Shown piece after piece: positions 1-10,083 of a DNA stretch of 64,000 nt. The notes beneath the pieces were generated by a model. That model did not search any database. It saw only the letters and a program-made list of their open reading frames with translations, and was not told the origin of the DNA. Origin of the DNA: an uncultured bacterium (GTDB lineage Bacteria; Chloroflexota; UBA5177; JANWHV01); assembly GCA_963729625.1 (NCBI GenBank), contig CAVSOU010000015.1, forward strand, positions 38,375 through 102,374, in the 5' to 3' direction. The stretch's first letter is position 1; each line of letters starts with the position of its first letter. The position numbers and the translations under genes are program-made.

Positions 1-2
1 CT

Positions 3-119
3 CTCAACGTGCGCGCCGGACTGGTGGTAACGAACTTCGGCGTCGTCGCAGGGGTCACCGGCGAGCGGCTGACCGCGCAATTCAGTGTTTTCGGAAAGCA
101 TGCCGCCGAGCTCACCTGA
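3..119 (+). CDS. 3' end of an unidentified CDS entering from the left edge
   Basis: Open frame LNVRAGLVVTNFGVVAGVTGERLTAQFSVFGKHAAELT* with GC3-rich codons, ending TGA at 117-119. Confidence 0.4.
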   Translation, partial: LNVRAGLVVTNFGVVAGVTGERLTAQFSVFGKHAAELT

Positions 120-434
120 GTCATGTATCCCCAGCGTCCCAGCCCAATCCATCACGCAGCGAACTGGTCGAGCAGGCCCCACACTGCTCGGCCTGTTCGA
201 GCGATGCACGCTCGGCCAGCGTTAGCGAGGCGCCGGCCGTGACAGAGAACGCTTTGGGGACTCTCGGCCGCCTGACGATCGCCAGGCCGGCCACGACGGC
301 ACTCGCGTCTTCGGCCGAAGTTCTCGCGACGTCGGACAGCTCTTGCCTTCTTCTTGAGCGGTCCCGTGCTCCCGGCCGCGGCACGCGTCAACCGCATCCA
401 GGAGGTTCCCTCCCAAGCGGCTTCATACCGCTCC

Positions 435-641
435 TCAGCGCCTGCGACCCAAGACCAAGAACCAAAGAATGCAGCCGACCACTATGATCACTGCCGCGGC
501 GATCACCATGGTCACAACCGCTTGCATGAGCAAGTACGCAGCCGCCACCGCGATAACCGTAACCGCGCCTCCGGCAACGGCTTCCCTGCCCGCGCGCGTC
601 ACGCGGCTTTCGCCTTCGGGTACGCGCATGAGATCATTCAT
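435..641 (-). CDS. Small membrane protein (68 aa), hypothetical
   Basis: ATG preceded by purine-rich AAAAGGGG; long hydrophobic stretch (about two TM helices) ending in RRR (positive-inside rule). Confidence 0.55.
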   Translation of the reverse strand: MNDLMRVPEGESRVTRAGREAVAGGAVTVIAVAAAYLLMQAVVTMVIAAAVIIVVGCILWFLVLGRRR

Positions 642-946
642 CCCGAACTACCCCCTTTTGGCCGGTCTTCTGCGGAATTCACGCCTGGTCTTCAGGACAG
701 AGGCCGGCAGCGTGAAGTTGTGCAACGCTTGCCACCAAGGCAAAACCCCAGATCGTGGCGATTGTAAGTCTATCATTGCACAGGCACAGGTAAAGGTCGA
801 ATCCACCCAGAATCTGACATACGTGGAGTCACGGTTGAGCGCCAAGGGCGCACCGACCGCCCGCCGGCCATAGATGCATGTGACTCGTCCTGTAACGCCG
901 GGTGCGCCGGCCGCGTGGTCGCGGGTGCTACCGCCCGACAATTGCG

Positions 947-3448
947 TCAGTCTCCGTGCGGCACCCAGATGTTCTTCACCTGCGTCGCCTCGCGCAGGCA
1001 TTCCGCGCATGAGGCCGCCGAAGAATCCGTCCAGTCGACCTCGCCGCCGGGAATGGCCCAGGTACGCTTGAGGTTCCCGGCGGAGGCCATCTCCACGGTC
1101 TTGACGCCGCCGGCAGTGCCAAAATACCAGACGGACTGCACGTCGTCATGCGCGGCAAGCACGGCCGCCAGCGGATCCCGCTTTCCGGTCACGATGTTTA
1201 CCACGCCCGCCGGAACGTCCGAGGTGTCGAGCACCTGGTAGAAATCGGTTGCACTCAACGGGTACGGCTCCGACGGCACGATGACAACGGTGTTGCCCAC
1301 GGCAATCGCCGGAGCCATCAGCGAGACAACGCCGAGCAGCGGGTACTGATCCGGGCACAGGATCCCGATCACGCCGATCGGCTCCGGCACGGCAATCGTC
1401 AGACCGCGCATCGGCGTGTGCGCCACCCTGCCGTCGTACTTGTCGGCCCACGCGCCATACGTAAACAGCCGCTCGATCGCCAGGTCGACCTCCGCCTGGG
1501 CCGAGATCCGTGCAGGCCGCTGTCCGGCGCTCCCGGCACATCTGTGCTCGGAACAGCCGGTCATCGCCGCGATGCGGCGCGCGAACTCCTCACGCCGCTC
1601 CGATAAGTTTTCTGCTACATAGTAGAGGATCTGCGAGCGGTTATAGCTCGTGGTCAGGCTCCAACCTGCAGCCTTGTGCGCCGCCTCCACAGCGTTGCGG
1701 ATGTCTTTGCGGTTCGCCTCTCCGGCTTCTCCCACCAGCGACCCATCGGGCTGGCGCACCGGCATGCTGTAGCCGGAATCAGGGCGCGTCTGCTTCCCAC
1801 CGATGTACAGCTTCGGCGTGCGATCGATGGGCGGGAGGTCGATGCTCATCGCCGCATCGTCTGCAGCGGGTATACCGGCGAGCATGGCGGTATCCTCGCC
1901 ATGCTGCGCGTCGGTCGCCGGCATCGTCTGCGCACCTGAGTCGACGCCGTTTGCCGGCGAGCCTGCAACTCGATTCGCGACGGTATCCGCGCGTTTTACG
2001 TACTCGTACAGTCCCTCTTTGCCCCCCTCGCGCCCGAACCCGCTCTCGCGATAGCCGCCGAACCCGGAGGCAGCATCGAATATGTTGGTACAGTTGACCC
2101 ACACGGTGCCGGCTTTGATACGCCGAGCCACGTCCAGCGCAAGATTGACGTTTTCACTCCACACGCTGGCAGCCAGGCCGTATGGCGTGTTGTTGGCCAG
2201 CTCGACCGCCTCGGCAGGACTGCGGAACGTCATGGCCACCAGCACCGGGCCAAAGATTTCCACTTGAGCAATCGTGGCCGCGGGCGACACATCGGTAAAC
2301 AACGTCGGCGGATAGAAATAGCCATCCGCCGGGCAGGACCAGCTTGGCTGCCACATGGTCGCGCCCTCGGCGACACCCTTCTCTACCAGGCCGCGCACGT
2401 GTTCCAGCTGCACGGGGGCGACGATAGCGCCAATATCCATCGTTTTGTCCAGCGGGTCGCCCACGCGCAGAGTCTCCATGCGCGCTCGCAGCTTGCTGAT
2501 GAAGGTGCCGGCGATGTTCTCCTGCATCAGCAGCCGGGATCCCGCGCAGCAGACTTGCCCTTGGTTGAACCATATGGCGTCGACGACACCCTCGACAGCG
2601 CTATCGAGGTCGGCATCGTCGAACACCAGGAACGGCGACTTACCGCCCAACTCCAGGGAGATCCGTTTCCCAGTGCCTGCCGTCGCGCGCCTGATCGCGC
2701 GGCCGACCTCTGTTGAACCGGTGAACGCTATCTTGTCGACGTCCTGGTGATGCACGAGCGCTTCGCCGGTGCGGCCGTCGCCGGTCACGATGTTTATCAC
2801 ACCCGGAGGCAGCTTGGCAGTCTCGACGATCTCGGCAAAGAGCAGCGCCGTCAGCGGGGTAAACTCAGCAGGCTTCAGCACGACCGTGTTGCCCATCGCC
2901 AGCGCGGGCGCCACTTTCCACGACAGCATCAGCAACGGGAAGTTCCAGGGGATTACCTGGCCCACCACGCCCACGCTTTCGTAGCCGGGCAGCTCTTCCT
3001 TCATCAGCTGGGCCCATCCCGCGTGGTAGGCGAAGTGGCGAGCCACAAGAGGGATGTCGATATCCCGCGTCTCGCGAATGCACTTTCCGTTATCGAGCGT
3101 TTCCAGCACCGCAAATAGCCGGCTGTGCTTCTGCACCTGACGCGCGAGCGCGTAGAGGTAGCGAGCCCGAGCGTGCCCGGACAGCGCGCGCCAAATGGGC
3201 AGCGCGGATCGGGCAGCGCGGACCGCTGCATCTACGTCCTGCGGCGTTCCCTGCGCCGCGCGCGCGAGGCACTTCCCGGTGGCGGGATTGATCGTGTCAA
3301 AATACTCGCCGCCCTGCGGCGCTACCCATGCATTACCGATGAAGTGGTCAAAGCAGTTGTCGTGCCGCGCCAGCCAGGCAATGGCCGGGCCGGAAGTCTC
3401 AGGCGCCGGGCCGTACGTCATCGTCTCGAAAATCTCCGCGACACTCAT
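947..3448 (-). CDS. ALDH16-family aldehyde dehydrogenase (full ALDH domain plus second Rossmann-like domain)
   Basis: IPWNFP, FTGSTEVG, LELGGK (catalytic Glu), QVCCAG (catalytic Cys), EIFGPV, GFGREGG; second domain IDRTPKLYIGGKQ...TQVKNIWVP; RBS GGAAGGAAAGG. Confidence 0.95.
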   Translation of the reverse strand: MSVAEIFETMTYGPAPETSGPAIAWLARHDNCFDHFIGNAWVAPQGGEYFDTINPATGKCLARAAQGTPQDVDAAVRAARSALPIWRALSGHARARYLYALARQVQKHSRLFAVLETLDNGKCIRETRDIDIPLVARHFAYHAGWAQLMKEELPGYESVGVVGQVIPWNFPLLMLSWKVAPALAMGNTVVLKPAEFTPLTALLFAEIVETAKLPPGVINIVTGDGRTGEALVHHQDVDKIAFTGSTEVGRAIRRATAGTGKRISLELGGKSPFLVFDDADLDSAVEGVVDAIWFNQGQVCCAGSRLLMQENIAGTFISKLRARMETLRVGDPLDKTMDIGAIVAPVQLEHVRGLVEKGVAEGATMWQPSWSCPADGYFYPPTLFTDVSPAATIAQVEIFGPVLVAMTFRSPAEAVELANNTPYGLAASVWSENVNLALDVARRIKAGTVWVNCTNIFDAASGFGGYRESGFGREGGKEGLYEYVKRADTVANRVAGSPANGVDSGAQTMPATDAQHGEDTAMLAGIPAADDAAMSIDLPPIDRTPKLYIGGKQTRPDSGYSMPVRQPDGSLVGEAGEANRKDIRNAVEAAHKAAGWSLTTSYNRSQILYYVAENLSERREEFARRIAAMTGCSEHRCAGSAGQRPARISAQAEVDLAIERLFTYGAWADKYDGRVAHTPMRGLTIAVPEPIGVIGILCPDQYPLLGVVSLMAPAIAVGNTVVIVPSEPYPLSATDFYQVLDTSDVPAGVVNIVTGKRDPLAAVLAAHDDVQSVWYFGTAGGVKTVEMASAGNLKRTWAIPGGEVDWTDSSAASCAECLREATQVKNIWVPHGD

Positions 3449-3476
3449 GGGCGCGGTCCTTTCCTTCCATTACGCT

Positions 3477-4808
3477 TCACACCTGGGACCCTACTACGTG
3501 GATTGAGTCAAGGCTACGCTGCACCTGCTCGTATTCATGAGCCAGGTCTGCCGTGCGGGCGGTCACGCTGGGTAGGCCGAGGCTCACAATCCCCTCGACG
3601 ACGCTCATGCCGCCACTGGCGGCCCGCACGCGAACCTCGCATTGCGCTTCAAGCGATTGGCCGGAGAGGCGAAGCACCGCATCGGCGATACCGTACTGCT
3701 GGCCGTCAAGCGTGCGTACCGTATTGGTAATGGTACCGATCGGCGTGCCAAGCGCGCGCAAGAATCCGGAGACGTAGCGCGGGTTCGAGACATCACCCAC
3801 CGTGGTCGTCTCAGAGCCGAGAATGAGGGCGGTCTTGTCCGGAGAGGCAACCTGATAGTCGCCCGCTGTGTTGTCGGTCTCGGTCCACGTGGAAGGATAG
3901 GCGATGCTGTAGCCCGCGCCCGAGGGCGACGCGCTCTTTGTCGAATACGATTTGCCCAGCGCCTGTGCCGCGCCCGACCGGGTGGAGAGCAGTTGCACGA
4001 TTGTCTCGATCGTTTCGCTCTGGGAAAGCGCGTGCGTGCCCTTGCTATCCGAGACGGTCCCGGTGCTCGAAACGGTCTGGCGCAGATGCTCGTTGAGGAA
4101 CACGCCACTCTCGACCCCAATTCCCCAGGTCCCGGTTTCGCGCACATCGGTGGTCGCGACGTAGTGCTTGCCCCCACTGCTAATCGACGACTTACCGCTA
4201 CTATGCATAGCAGTCGTGACCGTGGCGACACGTCCAAAGCTGTCCGTCGAGAGCTTGGTCAGCTTGTTGTCCAGTGTCACGGACGGGCCGCCACCGAACC
4301 AGGTGTTGTCGATCTCGCTACTCCATTTGCCGGAAACAGCAACCGGCGCGAGAGGTACCTGGCCCACGTCATTCAACCCATACGCGCCGCGATAGACACA
4401 GTACTGGGTGCCATCGTTCTCCTGAATGCATGCATTGGCCGGAGTGCTGAGCCGATTGGCGGGCACCGTACTGTGACTCGTCTTGCCGTTATGGACGCCG
4501 GTTTCGCTGCCCGGGTCAAACTCGATTGAGAGCGTGGCATCTCCCGACGAGTCGACGCTATGGATGATGTATCGCGCCTTATACAGAACCGTGCTGGTAG
4601 CAGTGTCGACCGGCTGTCCGGCGATAGTGGTCTTGATCGTCTCTACAGTCTTCATGGAGTAGGACAGGATCTCGCCCGGCGTGAAGCGGTAGCGCAGGCT
4701 GACCGCGGCATTGGAGTCGGCACGCGCGACAGGCGCCCAACTGCTTCCCAGCGCGAGCGTACCCGCTATGACCAACGCAGCTCTTCGAACAACCCCGTTC
4801 CGTACCAT
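3477..4808 (-). CDS. Secreted Ser/Thr-rich hypothetical protein with possible PsbP-like C-terminal domain
   Basis: Start refined to ATG 4808 (RBS GGAGGGG); signal peptide MVRNGVVRRAALVIAGTLALGSSWAPVARA; C-terminal GYSIAYPSTW...LDSIHV pattern. Confidence 0.8.
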   Translation of the reverse strand: MVRNGVVRRAALVIAGTLALGSSWAPVARADSNAAVSLRYRFTPGEILSYSMKTVETIKTTIAGQPVDTATSTVLYKARYIIHSVDSSGDATLSIEFDPGSETGVHNGKTSHSTVPANRLSTPANACIQENDGTQYCVYRGAYGLNDVGQVPLAPVAVSGKWSSEIDNTWFGGGPSVTLDNKLTKLSTDSFGRVATVTTAMHSSGKSSISSGGKHYVATTDVRETGTWGIGVESGVFLNEHLRQTVSSTGTVSDSKGTHALSQSETIETIVQLLSTRSGAAQALGKSYSTKSASPSGAGYSIAYPSTWTETDNTAGDYQVASPDKTALILGSETTTVGDVSNPRYVSGFLRALGTPIGTITNTVRTLDGQQYGIADAVLRLSGQSLEAQCEVRVRAASGGMSVVEGIVSLGLPSVTARTADLAHEYEQVQRSLDSIHVVGSQV

Positions 4809-5070
4809 CCGCCCCTCCAACAAGCTCGTTTCTCCGTGCGGCACCATGGTATCGGGTTTTGAGGTTGCGGAGTACTGTGCATCCTGAAGAGCGTGCCCTC
4901 GCCCGTCTCCGCGCCTGCTCAAGCGCCCTCCGCTCCGGGCGTTGGCAGGCTGGTCGACGTCAACGCTTGAGGCGATCCTGAACGACATCGACCACGGCGA
5001 GCTCCGCGAAAGCACTGCGGTAGCTATACCCCGTGGTCGCGGCCTGGAACTTCCAGACAGCAGGGAGAAC

Positions 5071-5346
5071 CTAGTGCAGATTAAGGGGATTGCCGTAGCG
5101 GCGAACCGCGTAAATGACCGCACTGACGCCAAGTACAAAGAACACCGCGCCGCGGAGCGCCCTCGGAGCGAACTGCAGGGTACCGGCATGCACCCAGTCA
5201 ACTGCCCAGGAAGGGAAAGGGAAGTCCCGGTAGAGCGCTACCAGCAAATAGTCGATGCCCAGGACACCGACAAGCAACCCAAGAAACAGCACGAGAACCC
5301 ATCGCCTGGCATGGCTGCCCGGCAAGAACCTGGTTGGTATTCCCAC
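5071..5346 (-). CDS. Small two-TM protein resembling the N-terminal membrane extension of YvcK/GlmR proteins
   Basis: GTG start after AGGAG; LPG..RRWVLVLFLG..YRDFPFP..TLQFAPRALRG pattern recalled from Chloroflexota YvcK N-termini; no catalytic domain follows. Confidence 0.55.
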   Translation of the reverse strand: MGIPTRFLPGSHARRWVLVLFLGLLVGVLGIDYLLVALYRDFPFPSWAVDWVHAGTLQFAPRALRGAVFFVLGVSAVIYAVRRYGNPLNLH

Positions 5347-5556
5347 GCGTCGCTCCTGCAAGAAGAAAAAGCGAGCCGACTGCCGAATCCTTGCGTTCCG
5401 AAGTCTACCACACCAGTCTGACATGGTGGCGGCGTCGACGCCAGTGCAGGGTCACGTGCAAACATTGGTGTCTATCGCGGCGCAATCGGCCGTGGCCGGA
5501 GGCTTCGCGCCTTCAAACAAGCCAGGGAAAGCGCCGGATAGCGCGGTAAACGCGGT

Positions 5557-5976
5557 CTACTCGGCTATACTCCAGACCCGGACACGGTAGTGCGGCACTT
5601 TCCCCACTTCAAAGCGAAAACGAATGTCGCACAACTGCCGATCGTAGCGGAAGCAGTTCACGTCCAGCATCGGCGCCGGCACGTCCACCCGGATACGTCC
5701 CTGGTTCTTCAGGTGTGCTTTGCCTTGCAACACTTCCACCACGCCGGCGATGTAGGCGGGGCCGGCAAAGGAGTCCTTATCCTCCGGTGCCTGCAGCGCG
5801 AGCTCGAGTCCGACGTGCCCGTCGAGCTGTTGGAACAACTGCTGCGCGATCTGTTGTTGCGCCATTAGCAGGAGTTGCTTCACACGGACATTGTGGGGGT
5901 GCGCGGCGCCCAATAGTGGATTCGTGTCCGTTTTCGCGGGCGGGAAACCGTCGACCTCGATCGTGATTTCGCTCAC
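5557..5976 (-). CDS. Hypothetical protein with RusA-like (Holliday junction resolvase) fold signature
   Basis: RBS GAGAGGAG; ITIEVDGFPPAK start, VGLELAL strand, F.YDRQL and YRVRVW end match the RusA layout. Confidence 0.7.
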   Translation of the reverse strand: MSEITIEVDGFPPAKTDTNPLLGAAHPHNVRVKQLLLMAQQQIAQQLFQQLDGHVGLELALQAPEDKDSFAGPAYIAGVVEVLQGKAHLKNQGRIRVDVPAPMLDVNCFRYDRQLCDIRFRFEVGKVPHYRVRVWSIAE

Positions 5977-6182
5977 GACAAACTCCTCTCACCAACAATA
6001 ACGTGCAACCCCAATACAGCCCGCAGGACACAGATTCACCGCATCTGCCGCAGTCATCGCGTGTGCGACCAAGCAGAAGGCCTAAGACCGTTGATCTCGT
6101 GATACCGCAGTATACGCTCGAACAACCGCCCCGTGCACCGAGTTATGTACTATGGGCAGAAACAAACACCAGAACGGAGCGA

Positions 6183-7577
6183 TCAAAGCACTTGAACGAG
6201 CACCACTGCCCCTGAGGTCGGCGCGCCCGTCACTTCGTCGACGTGCGGCACCGTGCGGAACAACACCAGGGTCGAATGCTTCCCTGACTGCAACAGCGTG
6301 ACTGGAGCGCTCGGCTGCAACGCTCCGATGCCGGAGTGTTCGGTGATAGCGTACAGCGATAGAAGCTTTCCCGTGCCCGAAAGCAGCGTGATGCCGGTCT
6401 GCCCCGCCATTTCCACGGTTCCTGTCGCCTCGTTCACTGCCATTGCCACTGTATAGTCGAAGTACGCACTGGAGCACAGCGAGTAGTGATCCCTGTAGAT
6501 CACGCGTCGAGTGCCCTTGGACTGTGTCGCGGCATCCACCGAGCAGTAGCTGCCGGCGATCCATCGCAGATAGCCCACACTGCGCGTCGTGTCCACCACG
6601 AAGCCCGTCGACGGACCCAGCCCGGTCGGCGTGTCGTAGTCCGCCTGGATCTGCTTGCTCAGCCCGCCCGTGCGCGCGCTGAACACCGTGATGAGCCCAC
6701 CGGGAGCCGCGTACCAGACCTGCTGCGTGCGCGCACTGTACGTCGCCGAGAACCCTCGCATACGGTACGGGAAGGCGCGATTCCACGCACGACCTCCCTT
6801 CCGGGTGTCAAAGGCGACAAAGCGAGTCGCTCCCGGCAGTGCTACGTGCATCTGCAGCCCCACAATCGCGCGATGCGCGGTTCCGTCCATGAACAGTGTG
6901 TTTGGCACACCCTCCAAGCTTGCCAGGTACAGGGCTTGCGACACCGGATCGACGATGAACAGATCGTTGGTGGCATCGTTCTGCGTCGTGGCCAGGACAA
7001 CTCGATTCGCGCTGGAATCCGTAGCCATTCCGGCAACGGTGATCGGACCACCCTCGAAGACCAGCAGCTTCTTCACGACCCGACCAGTATGCAAATCCAC
7101 GACCCACAGGTCGAGGTGGTACGACGTATAGGGGTCGCTTGGGCCAAGGGAGACCGGCGTATCGACCGCGAGATACGCCAGCCAGCGGCCCTCGTCGATG
7201 GCCACGCCTTCGATTGATCCCGTGGTGGCAACCCGTGCCAGCAGGGTGTAGTTCTTCGTGTCGATAAGCGCGAAGACGTTCGAGATCGGACTGGCCTGAG
7301 GCCCTGTCGTCAGGTCCACGCCCACCTCGATCAGCCTCTGGTCCTTGACATTGGAGGCCACGAGGGTGCCGGCGATCGTGGTGATCACGGTGTGCGGGTG
7401 AAGCGTCGCCACATCCTTCATCACGGTTGCCGAGGCGGATGCGCGGTTGGCGAGCACCACGCTCGGCGTGGCTCGACCCGCTGCCCCCGCCCTCAACATC
7501 CAGCCAGCGCCTGGAGCAAGGGCGACGACGCAGCAAGCAGCAACGCCGGCCAGCCCAATCAGGCCCCCGTTCCTCAT
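6183..7577 (-). CDS. Secreted beta-propeller (YncE/YVTN-like) protein
   Basis: ATG 7577 with RBS AGAGGAGG; signal peptide; repeated VAID/MATD/LFMD/FVVD/MAVN blade-like motifs. Confidence 0.75.
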   Translation of the reverse strand: MRNGGLIGLAGVAACCVVALAPGAGWMLRAGAAGRATPSVVLANRASASATVMKDVATLHPHTVITTIAGTLVASNVKDQRLIEVGVDLTTGPQASPISNVFALIDTKNYTLLARVATTGSIEGVAIDEGRWLAYLAVDTPVSLGPSDPYTSYHLDLWVVDLHTGRVVKKLLVFEGGPITVAGMATDSSANRVVLATTQNDATNDLFIVDPVSQALYLASLEGVPNTLFMDGTAHRAIVGLQMHVALPGATRFVAFDTRKGGRAWNRAFPYRMRGFSATYSARTQQVWYAAPGGLITVFSARTGGLSKQIQADYDTPTGLGPSTGFVVDTTRSVGYLRWIAGSYCSVDAATQSKGTRRVIYRDHYSLCSSAYFDYTVAMAVNEATGTVEMAGQTGITLLSGTGKLLSLYAITEHSGIGALQPSAPVTLLQSGKHSTLVLFRTVPHVDEVTGAPTSGAVVLVQVL

Positions 7578-7757
7578 TGGTTGGAACCTCCTCTTTGGGA
7601 CAGTGTAGCCATACGGCGGCGCATCAGCCCAAGTCGGAAGTGGATTACATCGCGCGCTGATCCCGCTCGCCGGGATAGCCAAAATTGGCGAGATCTCACA
7701 TCGTGGCGCGCCCACCGGCATGGAAGCGAACGGGCGGCGCGGTGGGGATCGTGAAGG

Positions 7758-7795
7758 GGGAGGGCGGCCACCACAAGTCGGGTGGCCGCCCTCCC
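7758..7795 (-). terminator. 15-bp perfect stem-loop downstream of the 7810-9630 gene
   Basis: GGGAGGGCGGCCACC-8 nt-GGTGGCCGCCCTCCC; no clear U-tract. Confidence 0.6.
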
Positions 7796-7809
7796 TGCTC
7801 AGGAACGTA

Positions 7810-9630
7810 TCAGAAGTGCCGTGCGCACGAGCCGCTGAACTGCGGGTTGGGCATGAGCTGGCTGGTGAGCGTCCCTCCGTAGCGGGCCACATCCGGCGTT
7901 CCATACTCGGCAGGTCCGCCGAAGCTCTGTATCGTGGTTCGCGGGATCACATTGCCGAAGTTCCAGAGGCACAGGGTCCTGCGATCACTTGCGGCACGCA
8001 TCGCGTCGCCCCCCACGGTCCAGAAGGGGTAGAAGTCTGCCCCAACCGGAGGCGCCGTGCAACCCGTGCCCGTCTCCGTATTGCAATTGTTCTCGGAGCC
8101 CCCGAGGTCGGTCTCGAACTGAATCGTCGGATACGGGTTGCCGTGCGCGTCGAACGGTCCGAGATAGGCAAACGAAGTTGGGTGCATGAATGAGCCGTCC
8201 GGCCAATCGGCGCGGTACGAGCTGCCGTCGAAGTCCAGGTCCCCGTTCTGGAAATAGTTATCCTGGCAGCCTGCCACACGCCAGCTGACCATCTGCGGCT
8301 GCCCGTTGACGCTGATCGTCCTCGGACCTGCCGGCATGCAGTTCGCGTCCGAGAACTCACACAACGCGCCAGTGATGAAGCTGTTGGTCGGGCAGGCGCC
8401 GCCGCCCTCGGTCGTGGCGTTCGTACAGGTACCGGTGGTGAGGCTGCACGGGCCTTCTCCCGTTGCCGTCGCACCCTCGAAGCCGCCCACGCAGGTTTGG
8501 AAGACGTTGGGATCGCTAAAGGTCTGGCCGTTCCCAAAGGCGGCGTTGTAGGGGAACGAGGTGGTCACCGACGAGCAGGGCTCAAAGTGGCCGAGCTCGT
8601 CTTGCATCAGCACGCCACCCTCGAGCGCCGCCCAGGGTACCTGGTTCTGTTGCTGCGCGGAGCTGTACTCGGCATGGAAGCTGAACGGCGTGCCGCTGCA
8701 ATCCGCGAGGTTGGTGTTCATGAACCCGTTCGCGGCGCTGGCGACGATAAACCCTGATCGGCCATTCGAGAGGTCGAAGATGCGCGCCTCCAATCCCTGA
8801 CCAGTGTCCCTGATACTTACCGCAAGCTCGTCGCCCTGGTTCATGAGGAGCGTCTTCGCGTTAGGCGTGAAGGTGTTTTCGTCCGTGAGCTGCGGGCTGG
8901 GCGGGCCCGCCGGGACGCCGTCGGTCTGCAGGTACGCGAAGTTCACCGGCTCGACGCAGGAGTTGTTGCAGTTGCCGAACCCAAACGTGCACTCCAGGCT
9001 ATCGATGGTCAGCGCCGCGCAGTAGTGGGTTGGGTCACAGCTTACGGCGTCGGTGAACGGCGGATAGCCCGGCGGGTAGAACTGCAGCTCCATGAAGGCC
9101 GATCCGGCGCCATTGGGGTCGCCGATCAGGCCACTATTGGTATCGCTGTCAGGGGTGCACGGGTTCTGCGGATAGGACTTCGGGTCGCACAGCGGCAGGC
9201 CGAACCACGGGGCCGGGCTTAGCTCCGCGTAGTCCGTGGCTGCCGCGCTGGTCGCGGTGGGTGGCACCCTGGGGTCCACTGCCAACCGCATCAAGTAGGT
9301 CATGGTACTGGCACTACCGGGCGCGCTGGAGATGAATTTGACCGACGGCTCGTCGTGGCCGACGTAGTGCTTGTTGTCGTAGAATCGGTATGCCTTGCCG
9401 TCTTTCCAGATGGCGATCGGGTCGGTACATAGGCCACCAAGGTCAGGCTTGGCCCCGGTGTAGATCGGACTGTGGCTATTGCAATCCATCATGTTGACCG
9501 AATTCGGCGCTACCGCGCCGGTGCTCGTGCTCGTGGTCGTACTGTCACCGAAGGCGGGCGCCACGCTCAACGCGAGCGCGGCACTAACCGCGCCGACCAC
9601 CCCCAGCCATCGCCTCCAAGACCTGCTCAT
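7810..9630 (-). CDS. Secreted cysteine-rich hypothetical protein (606 aa)
   Basis: RBS AAGGGG; signal peptide ending APAFG; 22 Cys; YVGHDEPS, AFMELQFYPPG, DLDFDG and FYPFW motifs. Confidence 0.88.
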   Translation of the reverse strand: MSRSWRRWLGVVGAVSAALALSVAPAFGDSTTTSTSTGAVAPNSVNMMDCNSHSPIYTGAKPDLGGLCTDPIAIWKDGKAYRFYDNKHYVGHDEPSVKFISSAPGSASTMTYLMRLAVDPRVPPTATSAAATDYAELSPAPWFGLPLCDPKSYPQNPCTPDSDTNSGLIGDPNGAGSAFMELQFYPPGYPPFTDAVSCDPTHYCAALTIDSLECTFGFGNCNNSCVEPVNFAYLQTDGVPAGPPSPQLTDENTFTPNAKTLLMNQGDELAVSIRDTGQGLEARIFDLSNGRSGFIVASAANGFMNTNLADCSGTPFSFHAEYSSAQQQNQVPWAALEGGVLMQDELGHFEPCSSVTTSFPYNAAFGNGQTFSDPNVFQTCVGGFEGATATGEGPCSLTTGTCTNATTEGGGACPTNSFITGALCEFSDANCMPAGPRTISVNGQPQMVSWRVAGCQDNYFQNGDLDFDGSSYRADWPDGSFMHPTSFAYLGPFDAHGNPYPTIQFETDLGGSENNCNTETGTGCTAPPVGADFYPFWTVGGDAMRAASDRRTLCLWNFGNVIPRTTIQSFGGPAEYGTPDVARYGGTLTSQLMPNPQFSGSCARHF

Positions 9631-10083
9631 CCTGATCGTTCCCCTTGATGAATGCCGAGGCGCCTGCCTCGGATTGGCGGACTGACCAGACTTTCGCCGC
9701 GCGGGCGGACCTCACCCTTCCAGCAGTGTGGGACTGCACCTCCCCGGCACCTCGGTTGTGCCACGAACCGAGCATGGACGATTCTGCACCGTGGGTCGAT
9801 TGGGTCAAGACCCGTCAGTTGAGCGAAGCCAAGACACTTGAGGGCGCGCACGTGAGAGACAGCGACACTGGGCGCGCCGCTGCGCTAGAGCAAAGCCAAG
9901 CAAGGATCCAGATGAACGCGTACTACGCCCGAGGGTTCCACCGTGGCTTGACTCTTGACACAGACTGCTGGGGACTGCAGCGCGTGGGGGCCAAGTCTCC
10001 GGTTAGGCATAGCCTAGCACGGCGAATCATAACTGTACAGATTGATGGATGCTGCACCTACGGTCTGCAAATAGTGCCAAACA

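Noticed and set aside
121-430. Short overlapping ORFs and a GGAACCTCC / TGAA-loop hairpin resembling the REP-like element
   Set aside because: No coherent protein motif; similarity to the repeat is limited to about 9 bp
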